From NCBI GenBank assembly GCA_046538485.1, contig JBKHIT010000018.1, positions 1 to 64,000 on the forward strand: DNA of 64,000 nt. Direction: 5' to 3'. The DNA comes from Candidatus Brocadiia bacterium (GTDB taxonomy: Bacteria > Planctomycetota > Brocadiia > SM23-32). The position numbers and the translations under genes were made by a program. Shown in pieces: positions 18,533 to 28,807 of this stretch. Positions within the stretch are counted from its first letter, which is position 1. Each line of letters starts with the position of its first letter. The notes beneath the pieces are model-generated. The model was not told the DNA's origin. It ran no database searches and saw nothing but the letters and a program-made list of their open reading frames with translations.

Positions 18533-19543
18533 TCAATTCCCGTAATAGGTCGATTCCACAACCTGGAACAGGTTTCTTAATTCATTGCGGCGAAGGTAAA
18601 AATAACTGACAAGTATCGCCGGGCCTCCGAGCATTTGCCGGTACAGCCTGTTTGCGCAGGTGGATGTCCGACGCCAGAGTTTCTCTTCCATCTTCAGCAG
18701 GTCCCCGGCATCTTCCGCAGTCAGAGAAGGCACGGCGCTCGCGATATTCTCGGACGACGGATCGTTGAAAATTTCTTCCAGCCTGCTGCTGGACAGGAAA
18801 AGACTCCTTTGCTCGGGTATGGGCCCGTTCCACTGGCAAAGCACGTTCGAGAGATTTTCCCAATCGATTTTATAATGGCGGCCGGCCCGCACAACCGCCA
18901 ACAACCGTTCGGATGCCGCTTCCAGAGCAAGGGGCCCGGCACATTCGGATCGGTGAGAGATACCGATGTTTTTGAGACCAGCGCTTACGCCGTCCCAATA
19001 AGCTTTCATAAGTGCCATTTCAGTAAACGCCGTGGTGTTCGATTTTTCATCGAGTTCCACGCCCAATTCTGCGGCAGAAAGCAGTTTTTCTGGCAATTTT
19101 TGAACAAATTCCGATAGGTCGGAACTTGAGAGTAAGGAGGCCGAGGGCACAGCGAGACTGTCGGGCAGATTCACCACATACTGGCTGCGGTCGACCTCGG
19201 CGCCGCCGACGAACAACCGCAGCAATACATGGATGTTATCGATCTGGAACCGCGACAACATAGAGAAGTAAAAACGCGCCAGCGGGGGCGAAAGGTAACG
19301 CGTGAAAGAAACAAGCTCGTCGGTAGCATCCTGGCGAAGTTGGCGCTCCAGACCCAGGCGTCGTCCCGGCACCCTGCGAGGGTAGAATCGCTCCCAGAGT
19401 TCTTCAACGCTTTTCATACGTTTCAGTTCTTCCAGGCTCTCACCTTCAAACAACCGCCGTTTCCGGCCCCGCAACTTCGCGTTCACAAAAGCAAGCGGAC
19501 AGTTCATAAGCGATTCGGGATTTGCCGGCAACGTTTGTTCCAC
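18533..19543 (-). CDS. atpC: V/A-type ATPase subunit C (d)
   Basis: FVNAKLRG near the N-terminus and YFYLRRNELRNL near the C-terminus; operon position. Confidence 0.8.
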   Translation of the reverse strand: MEQTLPANPESLMNCPLAFVNAKLRGRKRRLFEGESLEELKRMKSVEELWERFYPRRVPGRRLGLERQLRQDATDELVSFTRYLSPPLARFYFSMLSRFQIDNIHVLLRLFVGGAEVDRSQYVVNLPDSLAVPSASLLSSSDLSEFVQKLPEKLLSAAELGVELDEKSNTTAFTEMALMKAYWDGVSAGLKNIGISHRSECAGPLALEAASERLLAVVRAGRHYKIDWENLSNVLCQWNGPIPEQRSLFLSSSRLEEIFNDPSSENIASAVPSLTAEDAGDLLKMEEKLWRRTSTCANRLYRQMLGGPAILVSYFYLRRNELRNLFQVVESTYYGN

Positions 19544-19610
19544 GGCCGATTTCCTCTGTTTGTTTAGAGGCTACCAGAAACCGGGATTTTGCCGGCAATG
19601 CCTGGCGCCC

Positions 19611-19937
19611 TCAGTCATTGTCGGTTTCGGCCCAGGCAACAACCCGAACGACCCGATCCACAGATTCCTGGATCTTATCTTCGTCCATTTGCTCGATCAG
19701 TGGCGCAGCCTCGCGGGCGTGCTGGAGAGTTTCTTTTCGTTCCTGCTGTGCTTCTTGTTTTTTCTCTTCAACAAGTTTTTCCGCTTGTTCTCGCCCTTCC
19801 TGCTCAGCATCTTTTTTTATCTGCTCGGCTTCTTTGCGCGCTTCGTCCTTAATCTTCTCGGCCTCATCGCGAGCATCTTCCACGATCTTTCTGGCCTTCT
19901 CTTCGACTTGAAGCAAACTTTCAATGGAATCGCTCAT
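19611..19937 (-). CDS. V/A-type ATPase peripheral stalk subunit H/G
   Basis: 108-aa E/K/A-rich coiled coil (EEKARKIVEDAR); operon position. Confidence 0.75.
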   Translation of the reverse strand: MSDSIESLLQVEEKARKIVEDARDEAEKIKDEARKEAEQIKKDAEQEGREQAEKLVEEKKQEAQQERKETLQHAREAAPLIEQMDEDKIQESVDRVVRVVAWAETDND

Positions 19938-20395
19938 TGTTCCTCGTGGGCCTCATTAATGATCTGTATCACATTTTCGGGATCGCGAGCAGAGATCAGT
20001 CGATCGTAGACGTTAGGGATCTGCACGAGCAGTCCGATATCGGCAAGGGCCTCAATAGTCTGGCTCGGTTTGTCCGGCGCCCCGAGCAGAAGAAACACAA
20101 GATAAACCGGTTCGTCGTCGACAGCATCAAACTCGATCCCCTCAGGAGCAATACCAACGGCGAGAAGACAATCGTCAACATCCGGATGCCGGGCATGAGG
20201 AACCGCCACACCACAGCCAATCCCGGTTGACCCTTTTCGCTCCCGCTCGTAAAGAGTATCAAGAATCCCGGCTCGGTCCCCGATTTTATCCTGCCGCACC
20301 AGCTGTTCGACCAGTTCGGCAATTACCTCATCGCGTGTCATGCTCTCAACGGGGACTTTGATCAGGCCGGGTTCGAGAAGATCGCTTAAATTCAT
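19934..20395 (-). CDS. PTS EIIA (fructose/Ntr-type) domain protein
   Basis: ERERKGSTGIGCGVAVPHAR with the phosphorylatable His; GIEFDAVDDEPV. Confidence 0.9.
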   Translation of the reverse strand: MNLSDLLEPGLIKVPVESMTRDEVIAELVEQLVRQDKIGDRAGILDTLYERERKGSTGIGCGVAVPHARHPDVDDCLLAVGIAPEGIEFDAVDDEPVYLVFLLLGAPDKPSQTIEALADIGLLVQIPNVYDRLISARDPENVIQIINEAHEEQ

Positions 20396-20870
20396 TATCG
20401 CCTACCGCAGTTATACGAAAAGCAGAGAAGGCCTTTTATTTCAGAAGAACCTCTTTGGGATCAGCCCACAAGTAAGGGCTTTCGGGCGGAATGATGGACT
20501 GGTTTCACGCACACAGCAGGTAAATGTTCCAGTCAGAAATTAACGTGCCCAAACGATCTACAGGAAAGAAACTCTTTGAATTCATCAGTATAGAGGAAAG
20601 ACAGAGCCCAATTCAACCGTTAAGAGGAATATGAGCTGTGGGTCGTTTTGCGGTTGGACGACGGTTAATTTGCTTTGAATTGCCACCGAGACGCAAAAGG
20701 GGCGGGGCAAAGTTCCCGAATTTCCTGAGAAACATTTTTGAAGGCTTTTGTCACACAAAATACCTTTATCGGGACATAGCTCTTTCGTAAAGTAAAATTC
20801 TACCCTAATCGGGCAAGAATGGGTTCCAATTGGCCGTAAATCCGGGCTGGTGGTCCGGAAACAATCGTGC

Positions 20871-21545
20871 TTAAAATCGGAACAGCAAACCCATCTGCAC
20901 CGCACAACCGCTGTAATCGAGATAGTCTGGCGCAAGCCAAGTGCTTGTTGGATCGTCCTCGACGTCAAACTCAACGTCCCAGTAATCCACCGAAGCACAA
21001 AAGGACACACGTCGTCCGCCAGCGGTAACTTTTGCGCCAACTCCCCATCCTGCTGTATCTTCGAATTCCACGTCGGAATCCCCCTGCCATTCCGGTGCAC
21101 TGAAATACATGGGTCTGAAATGGGGGCCCAATGTCACCTTCGAGCCAAGTTTAAATGGAACGCTCAAATCAGCAAATGCAAACGAAGTAGGCGCTGCTGA
21201 ATTGAGTAAACTTCCACCGCCGAAGGTAACATCTATATAGTTGATAGGCGTATTGAAACCCACACCGGCACTCAATGATGGGACCCAACTGGCATCGCCA
21301 TCGACTTCTTCATATTCCCATCCGGAACCAGTATAATAATATGTCTCGAATTCCTCCACATCCGGGCTGATCAATACGCTGGCGGGACGGAAATCCAATA
21401 TCGCATAGACGGGACGCTCTCGGCCAGTATATACCGGCCCTTGCGAGGGTGCTCTCGCTTTTTCTTGTGCCAGACCGCTTCTGCTGCACATCAGCACAAG
21501 CATAAAAACAATCAAGAGATTAAGTTTGCTTTCTTTAAAAAACAA
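20871..21545 (-). CDS. Putative outer-membrane beta-barrel protein
   Basis: Signal peptide (SGLA-QE), alternating beta-strand pattern, C-terminal QMGLLFRF ending in Phe. Confidence 0.65.
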   Translation of the reverse strand: MFFKESKLNLLIVFMLVLMCSRSGLAQEKARAPSQGPVYTGRERPVYAILDFRPASVLISPDVEEFETYYYTGSGWEYEEVDGDASWVPSLSAGVGFNTPINYIDVTFGGGSLLNSAAPTSFAFADLSVPFKLGSKVTLGPHFRPMYFSAPEWQGDSDVEFEDTAGWGVGAKVTAGGRRVSFCASVDYWDVEFDVEDDPTSTWLAPDYLDYSGCAVQMGLLFRF

Positions 21546-21613
21546 GCCAAACCTCCTTTAATCCAGGAACCCTATTAAGGGTAGCGAAGTTCCGACTTCG
21601 CCTCATCGGTCTG

Positions 21614-21698
21614 ATGATAGGCGCTCTCCAAGTGACCTGTCAAACCGAAGCAAAGTTACCATAAGGGTTTGACAGAAGTCGTATCGGGAAAGTAACCT
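21614..21698. promoter_or_regulatory. Back-to-back sigma70-like promoters
   Basis: Minus strand TTGACA-N18-TATCAT and plus strand TTGACA(21669)-N18-TAACCT. The two -35 boxes lie within a perfect inverted repeat CTGTCAAACC (21637-21646) / GGTTTGACAG (21666-21675). Confidence 0.5.
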
Positions 21699-21784
21699 AT
21701 AGTTAGGAAAATACTAAATCTATACTCGGATTCGTTGCCAGGAAATCGCAGATGGTATATGTGCCATCTGAAAACGAAACCCCA

Positions 21785-22048
21785 ATGACCGATCCAGAAA
21801 CCAAAGAAGTCATAAACGACGTATTCGCCGAGGATTTTGAAATCCCCCGCGAGAAACTGCGGCCCGAAGCGCACATATTTGAAGACCTCGGGCTCGATAG
21901 CCTCGATGTCGTCGACCTGATTGCGGCCATTCAAAAGCGGTTTCAGGTACGCGTTCGCGACGACGAACGCGTGCGTTCGGTACGGACGCTTGGAGATCTT
22001 TACGAATACCTGGAAACGGTCCGCAGCGAACTCGAGGCAAAGGATTGA
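21785..22048 (+). CDS. Acyl carrier protein
   Basis: DLGLDSLDVVDL phosphopantetheine motif. Confidence 0.92.
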   Translation: MTDPETKEVINDVFAEDFEIPREKLRPEAHIFEDLGLDSLDVVDLIAAIQKRFQVRVRDDERVRSVRTLGDLYEYLETVRSELEAKD

Positions 22049-22143
22049 ATAGGCGACCTGGATTCTTGAAACTGTAACAATGCAGTCCGGCGGGGTAATC
22101 GCGTTCGGGTACCTGAATCGATGAATAGACCATCGAGTAGACG

Positions 22144-22887
22144 ATGCTCGTAACCATACAGAATTTGGTGTTCTGGCCGCTTTTTCTGGCCGCGTCCGCT
22201 ATTTACATTCCCGTAGCAACCCTCATCATAGCCCCCATTGGTCTGCTTGCCCCGCGACGCTTTGCCATGCATCGGTTGCGCCGTACGATAACCTGGTATG
22301 GCCGGTTGGTTATCTGGTGCGCATGGCCTTTTGTACGGGTAAAATACAAGGATCTGAAACCGGAGGAAAAAGATGGGTCCTATATATTCATCTGCAACCA
22401 TCGTTCCTCCTCGGACCCATTCCTCATGGCGTGTTTGCCTTTTGAGTGCGTTCAAATCGTTAACGACTGGCCTTTGGAACTCCCTATCCTGGGCTGGCTC
22501 GCCCGGCTGGCAGGATATATCGATATAATGAATACATCAATAGAAGAATTTTACGAACATGGTTCTCGTTTGTTGAATCAGGGTGCATGTATCTGTTCCT
22601 TCCCGGAAGGCACCCGATCGGGAAGCCAGCAGATGGGCCCTTTCACAAGCTCGGTTTTCCGGCTGGCCATCCGGAATCATGCCACTCTGGTTCCGCTGGC
22701 CATCACCGGCAATGAAAATATCCCACATAAAGGATCCTGGATACTCCATCCGGGTCTTATCCGCGTCGACAAATTGCCCGCAGTTACCTGGGATGAGTAC
22801 GCTGATATGGACGCGTTTCACCTGAAAAATCACGTGCAACAAATTTTGCAGGAGCATATCGACCGGGTCGAAGGAGATGCTGCATGA
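22144..22887 (+). CDS. Lysophospholipid (PlsC-like) acyltransferase
   Basis: CNHRSSSD (NHX4D) and FPEGTRS motifs. Confidence 0.92.
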   Translation: MLVTIQNLVFWPLFLAASAIYIPVATLIIAPIGLLAPRRFAMHRLRRTITWYGRLVIWCAWPFVRVKYKDLKPEEKDGSYIFICNHRSSSDPFLMACLPFECVQIVNDWPLELPILGWLARLAGYIDIMNTSIEEFYEHGSRLLNQGACICSFPEGTRSGSQQMGPFTSSVFRLAIRNHATLVPLAITGNENIPHKGSWILHPGLIRVDKLPAVTWDEYADMDAFHLKNHVQQILQEHIDRVEGDAA

Positions 22888-24182
22888 TTTTCACCAACTA
22901 CGAAAAACTCGCGTGGAAAGCTCCCGACGAAATAAAACAAACCCAGAACGCGCTTTTGCGCGAGCACGTGGAATACTGCGCCGAGCATTCGCCGTATTAT
23001 CGTCGGGTCCTGGATGAACCGGGCGTCTCCGATCTGGACATCTCGGTTGATTCCCTGCAAAAACTGCCCCTGACCCGCAAGGCAGATCTCGGGAAATATA
23101 ACGACGAATTCCTGGCGGTGAACCCCAAGAAGATAGTGGATATTGTATTTTCCTCCGGCACTACCGGCCCACCGACACGCATTGCCTACACGGAACACGA
23201 CCTGGAAAGGTTGGCTTACAACGAACGCCAGTCGTTTTTGGGAACGGGAATGACGCCCGAGGATACGGTTTTACACACCTGCACGATGGACCGTTGTTTT
23301 GTGGCCGGACTCGCCTATTACCTGGGGGTGCGTAGCGTGGGAGCCGCCAGTATCCGCAGCGGTCATGCCCCCCTGGAAAGTCATTTGCAAATCCTGCGCC
23401 GGTCCGAGCCAACGGCGATTGTCGGCGTTCCTTCCTTCCTGAAAAAACTCGCGGAGTGTGCGGAACAAAACACTATCAATCCCGCCGATATGTCCGTCAA
23501 AAGTCTTGTATGTATTGGCGAACCCGTTCGCGACGAAAACCTGCAATATTTGCCTCTCGGTCGGATTATTCATGAAAAATGGGGCGCCGATGTCTACTCA
23601 ACCTATGCTTCCACCGAAGCGGTCACGACGTTCTGTGAATGCACCAAACAACAAGGCGGGCATCTCCATCCTGAATTGGCAGTGATTGAAATCGTCGATG
23701 ACCAGGGGGACCCGGTTAAGCCGGGTGAAAATGGCGAAGTTGTGCTCACTCCTCTGGGGACCGAAGGGATGCCCCTGATCCGTTATCGCACGGGCGATAT
23801 CTCTTTCCTGCTGGAGGAGCCCTGTGGGTGTGGCCGAAACAGCGTCCGCCTGGGACCGATACTCGGACGCAAAAAGCAGATGATCAAATACAAGGGAACG
23901 ACGCTGTATCCGCAACCCATCGCCGCGGCCCTGCAAACCATACCCGCTATTGAAGAACATTATGTCGAAGTCGCGGGCGAAGAAGCCTTGTCCGATCAGC
24001 TCACTATCCATGTCGCGGTCAGCGATCCCGAATGGGACGCCGATCGCATCGCCGCCCGACTGCAGTCACACCTGCGTGTAAAACCGGCGGTTGTTATCGA
24101 AGAGCTCGAGTCTCTGCGCAAAGAAGTTTTTGACCCCAAATATCGCAAGCCGATGCGTTTTGTTGACCGGAGGACCACGTGA
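22884..24182 (+). CDS. Phenylacetate-CoA ligase family (ANL) enzyme
   Basis: SSGTTG, YASTE and PLIRYRTGD motifs. Confidence 0.9.
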   Translation: MIFTNYEKLAWKAPDEIKQTQNALLREHVEYCAEHSPYYRRVLDEPGVSDLDISVDSLQKLPLTRKADLGKYNDEFLAVNPKKIVDIVFSSGTTGPPTRIAYTEHDLERLAYNERQSFLGTGMTPEDTVLHTCTMDRCFVAGLAYYLGVRSVGAASIRSGHAPLESHLQILRRSEPTAIVGVPSFLKKLAECAEQNTINPADMSVKSLVCIGEPVRDENLQYLPLGRIIHEKWGADVYSTYASTEAVTTFCECTKQQGGHLHPELAVIEIVDDQGDPVKPGENGEVVLTPLGTEGMPLIRYRTGDISFLLEEPCGCGRNSVRLGPILGRKKQMIKYKGTTLYPQPIAAALQTIPAIEEHYVEVAGEEALSDQLTIHVAVSDPEWDADRIAARLQSHLRVKPAVVIEELESLRKEVFDPKYRKPMRFVDRRTT

Positions 24183-25663
24183 GTATTAACTGCCCAAACC
24201 CGATAGATGGATTCGGCTTTTCTGAAGAAGAAATTGCCGAAACTGTGGAACGCAGGGGCCTGTTGTCAATGGAAATAGAATTTTCCCAGGCGTGCAATTT
24301 CCGTTGCCCATATTGCTATAACGAGGAGGCTTTTGAGGCTCAGGAACTGAAACCCGAAGAAATCGATGACGTCGTTATCCAGGCCAAAGAACTGGGCGCC
24401 AAAAAAATCATTATCCTTGGCGGCGAACCGATGATCTACCCCGAAATACGGGAGCGAATTGAATTTCTGCGGGAAAATGATCTCACGGTGGAAATGTTTA
24501 CAAACGGGACAAATATGACGCCGGAAAACGCCCGTTTCATGTATGAACATGACGTCGCGGTGGTGCTGAAACTCAACACCTTCGACCGGGAGCTCCAAAA
24601 CGAATTGACCGGTTGCGAGAAAGGGTATGAAATCATCCACAGTGCTCTGGACAATCTGCAGGAAGCCGGCTACCCCTCCCCCGCCAAACGCCTGGCGATA
24701 AGTACAATCATATGCCGCCAGAACATCGACGAACTTCCCGATCTCTGGCGATGGGCCCGTCAACGGGGAATCGAACCGTATTTCGAAATGATCACACCTC
24801 AGGGACGGTCCATTGCCAACGAATGGCTCCTGGCGCCGATTTCGGAACAGAAAGAACTATTCGATGAATTGTCCCGCATTGATCGCGAAGAATTCGATCA
24901 CAAATGGGATCCCCAGCCTCCCCTGGTGGGCAACCGGTGTTTGCGTCACCAATTTTCATGTCTGGTTACTTCGGATGGCAATGTCATGCCCTGCGTTGGA
25001 GTAACGATTCCGATCGGCAATATCCGCGAAGAACCGCTTGAGCAGATTTTGGATCGTAGCGAAGTTATGGAAAAGCTACGGCACTTCTCGGAATACATCA
25101 GGGAGCCGTGTCGTTCGTGCGAAAGATCGGGCGGCTGCTACGGATGTCGCGGTAGCGCCTATCAGTTGACCGGTGATTTTCTGGCAGCCGATCCGTTCTG
25201 CTGGCACAATGAGGACAAAGAAATTCAAGCTCTGCCGCGTCAGGTTAAACCATTTCTACCCCACGAACGTCCCATGTTAATGGTCAAGGAACTTGTTTCG
25301 GCCGGCGAACGGCGGGGGAAAGTGCGCGCTACCCCGTTGGCAGAGGACATCTTCGTTAATGAAGATGGTGTGCTGGACGAAACGGCTTACGTTGAATTAC
25401 TGGCTCAATCGATTGCCGCTGTACACGGTTTTCTTCAGAACGAAGAAGAACGAAAAAACCATGATGGCCTGCTCATGAGCGCCAGAAATGTAGAAGTCTC
25501 CGGGCTCGCTCATGTCGGGGATACCCTCGAGATAAGTGTTCACAAAACCGTTAAAATGGGTGATTTCGGGGTTGTGCAGGGTAGTATCAGTAAAGACGGT
25601 GCTGAAATAGCAAACGGACAGATTAGTATCTGGCAACCTTCCAACGGAGAAAAAACAATATGA
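24179..25663 (+). CDS. Radical SAM/SPASM protein fused to a C-terminal FabA/FabZ-like hotdog domain
   Basis: CNFRCPYC and GGEP; SPASM cysteines (VMPC...CRSCERSGGCYGC...DPFC); C-terminal LPHERPMLMV...ELLAQ. Confidence 0.85.
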   Translation: MSINCPNPIDGFGFSEEEIAETVERRGLLSMEIEFSQACNFRCPYCYNEEAFEAQELKPEEIDDVVIQAKELGAKKIIILGGEPMIYPEIRERIEFLRENDLTVEMFTNGTNMTPENARFMYEHDVAVVLKLNTFDRELQNELTGCEKGYEIIHSALDNLQEAGYPSPAKRLAISTIICRQNIDELPDLWRWARQRGIEPYFEMITPQGRSIANEWLLAPISEQKELFDELSRIDREEFDHKWDPQPPLVGNRCLRHQFSCLVTSDGNVMPCVGVTIPIGNIREEPLEQILDRSEVMEKLRHFSEYIREPCRSCERSGGCYGCRGSAYQLTGDFLAADPFCWHNEDKEIQALPRQVKPFLPHERPMLMVKELVSAGERRGKVRATPLAEDIFVNEDGVLDETAYVELLAQSIAAVHGFLQNEEERKNHDGLLMSARNVEVSGLAHVGDTLEISVHKTVKMGDFGVVQGSISKDGAEIANGQISIWQPSNGEKTI

Positions 25664-26418
25664 AAAGACTTTCCTTCCTGATGATAATGGCTCTTCTTGC
25701 TTTTGGGCTCGCGTTTGGAGAAGAAAAAAAAGAGGGGAACGCCGAAAAGGATTCCAAAAAATCCGAAGAAAAACAGAAAGAAGCTAACGCCAAAGAGGAA
25801 GGCGAACCTGAGGAGGGGAAAAAAGAAGAGAAAAAGCCCGACAAACGGACTAAGAAAGAGATCATGGAGGATCTCGAAAAACACCTCTCCGAAATCGAGA
25901 CGGTTCAGGCACGCTTTGTTCAGGAAAAACACCTCGCCATGTTTGAACGCAAAATGACCATCGAAGGACATCTGGCCGTCGCCAATCCGAATCAAGTGGC
26001 CTGGCATGTCCAGAAACCGGTCCGTTACCGGATGGTCATTTGTGGTCCGAAATTGAAACAATGGGAAGAAGATACCAACGAGGTAAAAACGCTCCGGTTG
26101 GACAAAAACGCCACCCATAAGGTAGCATTCGAGCAACTCACCGCCTGGTTCGCGGGTCGGTACGGGGATCTGCGAGAACGCTACAATGTCGAAGTAATGG
26201 ACCGCGATCCTCTGACACTTACTTTCACGCCGAAAGAAGGTGGCGACATGGAATCGATTATCAAAAGTGTCCGGGTCGTGTTCCGCGACAATGAAGATTA
26301 CCTGAAAAAGATAAAAATCACCCAGGGCAACGATGATGTGACAATAGTCCGCTTTTTTGATCTGCAACTGAACGAAAAAGTCGATGAAGAAGTCTGGAGG
26401 GTCCGCCCCGATGAGTAA
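25660..26418 (+). CDS. LolA-like carrier protein
   Basis: Signal peptide, E/K-rich linker, then ARFVQEKHL...VAWHVQKP. Confidence 0.8.
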   Translation: MKRLSFLMIMALLAFGLAFGEEKKEGNAEKDSKKSEEKQKEANAKEEGEPEEGKKEEKKPDKRTKKEIMEDLEKHLSEIETVQARFVQEKHLAMFERKMTIEGHLAVANPNQVAWHVQKPVRYRMVICGPKLKQWEEDTNEVKTLRLDKNATHKVAFEQLTAWFAGRYGDLRERYNVEVMDRDPLTLTFTPKEGGDMESIIKSVRVVFRDNEDYLKKIKITQGNDDVTIVRFFDLQLNEKVDEEVWRVRPDE

Positions 26419-28807
26419 TGGGTGGTTCGAACGAATCTTTTGGGCCCTCTATCGCCGCCCGCTGGCCGTTATTATCGGGCTGGTGACCGTGGCGTTGCTG
26501 TCCCTGCTGGGGCTGAAAACAATTCCCTATGAGGGGGGGTTGGTGGCGATGCTGCCCGAGGGAAGCCGGGGCCGCAGGACAGTGGAATTTCTCCGCGATG
26601 CCCAGTTCGCCGACAAAGTTGCCGTAAGCATCACAGCCGAAGATCCAGACAGCGGCGTGGCGGATCTCATCGCCGTTATGGATGAACTGCGGGGGCAACT
26701 TGTAGACTCCTCTCTTATACGCCGCGTACAAACCCTGCCGGGTGGCAAAAACATGATGAAAGAGCTGGTATTCTTCCTCGATCATGCCCCCGAACTCCTC
26801 AGCGAGAACGACCTCGAAGGTTTGGAGAATCGGTTGAGCCAGGAAAAAATTCAAAAACGGATCAGAGAGTGTTACGTCAAACTGGCCCGCCCCGAAGGAT
26901 CTTTTATGCAGGAGATTCTCCGACGAGATCCTCTCGGTATAAGCACTGTTATTCTGCAGCGTCTCCAAAAAATACCCGAGGCATCCGGTTATCATGTGAT
27001 GGTTCAGAATGGTCACCTGATTCATCCTGACAAGCGACACGGCCTGCTGGTTATGGATGCTGCGATTTCTATTACCGATGGGGTGGGCTCGCGTCATCTT
27101 GTCGAAATGTTGCGGGAAACCACGTCGGATCTGCCCGATGGTTACACAGCAGATATTGTCTGCGGTCACCTGCATACAGTCAGTAACGAAGATCGTCTGC
27201 GTGCGGATATCCGCCTCACGGCGACCGTGGCGGGAGTAGGATTCTTCGCCCTGTTTCTTCTCATTTTCCGGGACATTCGTGCCGCACTCATATTCTTCAT
27301 ACCAGCAATATCAATATTGGTCGCCGTTAACGGAGCCAGCTTTTTCATCCCGGAACTCTCTTATCTGGTGTTGGGTTTTGCACCCGTTATGGCGGGGATA
27401 GCCGTGGATTACGGCATCCACACCTTCATCGCCGTCCGGGACGGCAAAAACCCCTACGCCGCCGTGCGGCGCATAATCAGGCCCCTGATCATCGGCGCTT
27501 TGACCACCGAATGCGTGTTTTTGGCGTTCTCTGTCTCCTCAATACCAGGCTACCGCCAGCTGGGCGGCCTGGCACTCGCAAGCATGGCTCTGTCGCTCTT
27601 TGGGGCTATTCTACTGTTGCCTCCGCTTGTAAAATATCCTGACTACTATCTGAAAATTGATCCCCAGGATGCACCGGAAGGGAAAAAAGGCTGGGCCATC
27701 TTCTTTCTTATCTCCCTGGGAATCGCCGGGCTCTTAACAACAAACCTCCAGATCGATCCCGGAGTGACAAAACTCGACGGCATCAGTGACGATATTTTGC
27801 AAACTGAAAAAGAATTTAAACAACTTTGGGGCGGAGGAAAGGGCGGACAGGCAATCGCGGTAATCGGGGGCAAAACTTACGAAGAAACCGCTCGTCGCTG
27901 CGATAAATTCCACAAACATATCAACTCGGCTCTTCCTAAACTGAACTTCATCAGCCGCAGTTCGGTCTGGCCCGCCAGGGCAAACCGCACCAAAAACGCC
28001 AGACGCTGGGAGGATTTTTGGACAGCCGACCGTATCGAAAAAGTCCGCTCCAATGTGAGTGTGGCCGCCGAAAAGTATGGTTTCGCCGAAAATGCTTTCA
28101 CACCTTTCTTCGACCTGATTACCGAAGAATACACGGTGAGTTCCCAAACAAAAAAATCTATCATCCTGGAGCAGCTGGAACGGCGGTTTGTTAAAAAACG
28201 CAAAGGAGGCTATTGGTTTCTGGGATTCTTCCCGGATAACCCGGGCACGGTTGAAGCGGTGGCGAAAGAAGCCGAAAAATCCCCCTACAGTTTTGTGGTA
28301 TCGCCCCGATCCCTCACCGGTACCCTGGCCGATTCGATCAGTTCAGAGGCCTTGCGGATTTCTCTGATCGCCGGCAGCTTAATCCTGTTCTTTACATTTT
28401 TCCTGATGCGAAATATCCGCCTGTCCCTGGCGGCATTGCTCCCCGCGGCCACCGGCGTAATTTGGTTGCTCGCGGTGATGTCAATATGCAACTTGCCCGT
28501 CAATGTGGCTAATCTCATCGCGGGAATTGTCGTAATAGGACTCTGTATTGATTATGGTATCTTTATGGCACATGGCTGGGCGCAAGGCGCCAGGGTCCTC
28601 GTGCCGACATTGCAGGCAGTCACGCTCTCGGCCATCACTACGTTAATTGGCGCAGGCGTATTGGTTTTTGCCAAACATCCTGCTCTGTTCTCAATCGGCA
28701 TCACATTGGTTTTGGGAATATTTACAGGTTATGGAACGGCCGCTCTCGGCGTGCCGGGAATGTGCTCGTTGCTCGGGATCGATTCGGCGAAAGGAGATTC
28801 AGAATGA
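26411..28807 (+). CDS. MMPL/RND family exporter
   Basis: Two transmembrane bundles with GIAVDYGIH and GLCIDYGIF. Confidence 0.9.
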   Translation: MSNGWFERIFWALYRRPLAVIIGLVTVALLSLLGLKTIPYEGGLVAMLPEGSRGRRTVEFLRDAQFADKVAVSITAEDPDSGVADLIAVMDELRGQLVDSSLIRRVQTLPGGKNMMKELVFFLDHAPELLSENDLEGLENRLSQEKIQKRIRECYVKLARPEGSFMQEILRRDPLGISTVILQRLQKIPEASGYHVMVQNGHLIHPDKRHGLLVMDAAISITDGVGSRHLVEMLRETTSDLPDGYTADIVCGHLHTVSNEDRLRADIRLTATVAGVGFFALFLLIFRDIRAALIFFIPAISILVAVNGASFFIPELSYLVLGFAPVMAGIAVDYGIHTFIAVRDGKNPYAAVRRIIRPLIIGALTTECVFLAFSVSSIPGYRQLGGLALASMALSLFGAILLLPPLVKYPDYYLKIDPQDAPEGKKGWAIFFLISLGIAGLLTTNLQIDPGVTKLDGISDDILQTEKEFKQLWGGGKGGQAIAVIGGKTYEETARRCDKFHKHINSALPKLNFISRSSVWPARANRTKNARRWEDFWTADRIEKVRSNVSVAAEKYGFAENAFTPFFDLITEEYTVSSQTKKSIILEQLERRFVKKRKGGYWFLGFFPDNPGTVEAVAKEAEKSPYSFVVSPRSLTGTLADSISSEALRISLIAGSLILFFTFFLMRNIRLSLAALLPAATGVIWLLAVMSICNLPVNVANLIAGIVVIGLCIDYGIFMAHGWAQGARVLVPTLQAVTLSAITTLIGAGVLVFAKHPALFSIGITLVLGIFTGYGTAALGVPGMCSLLGIDSAKGDSE

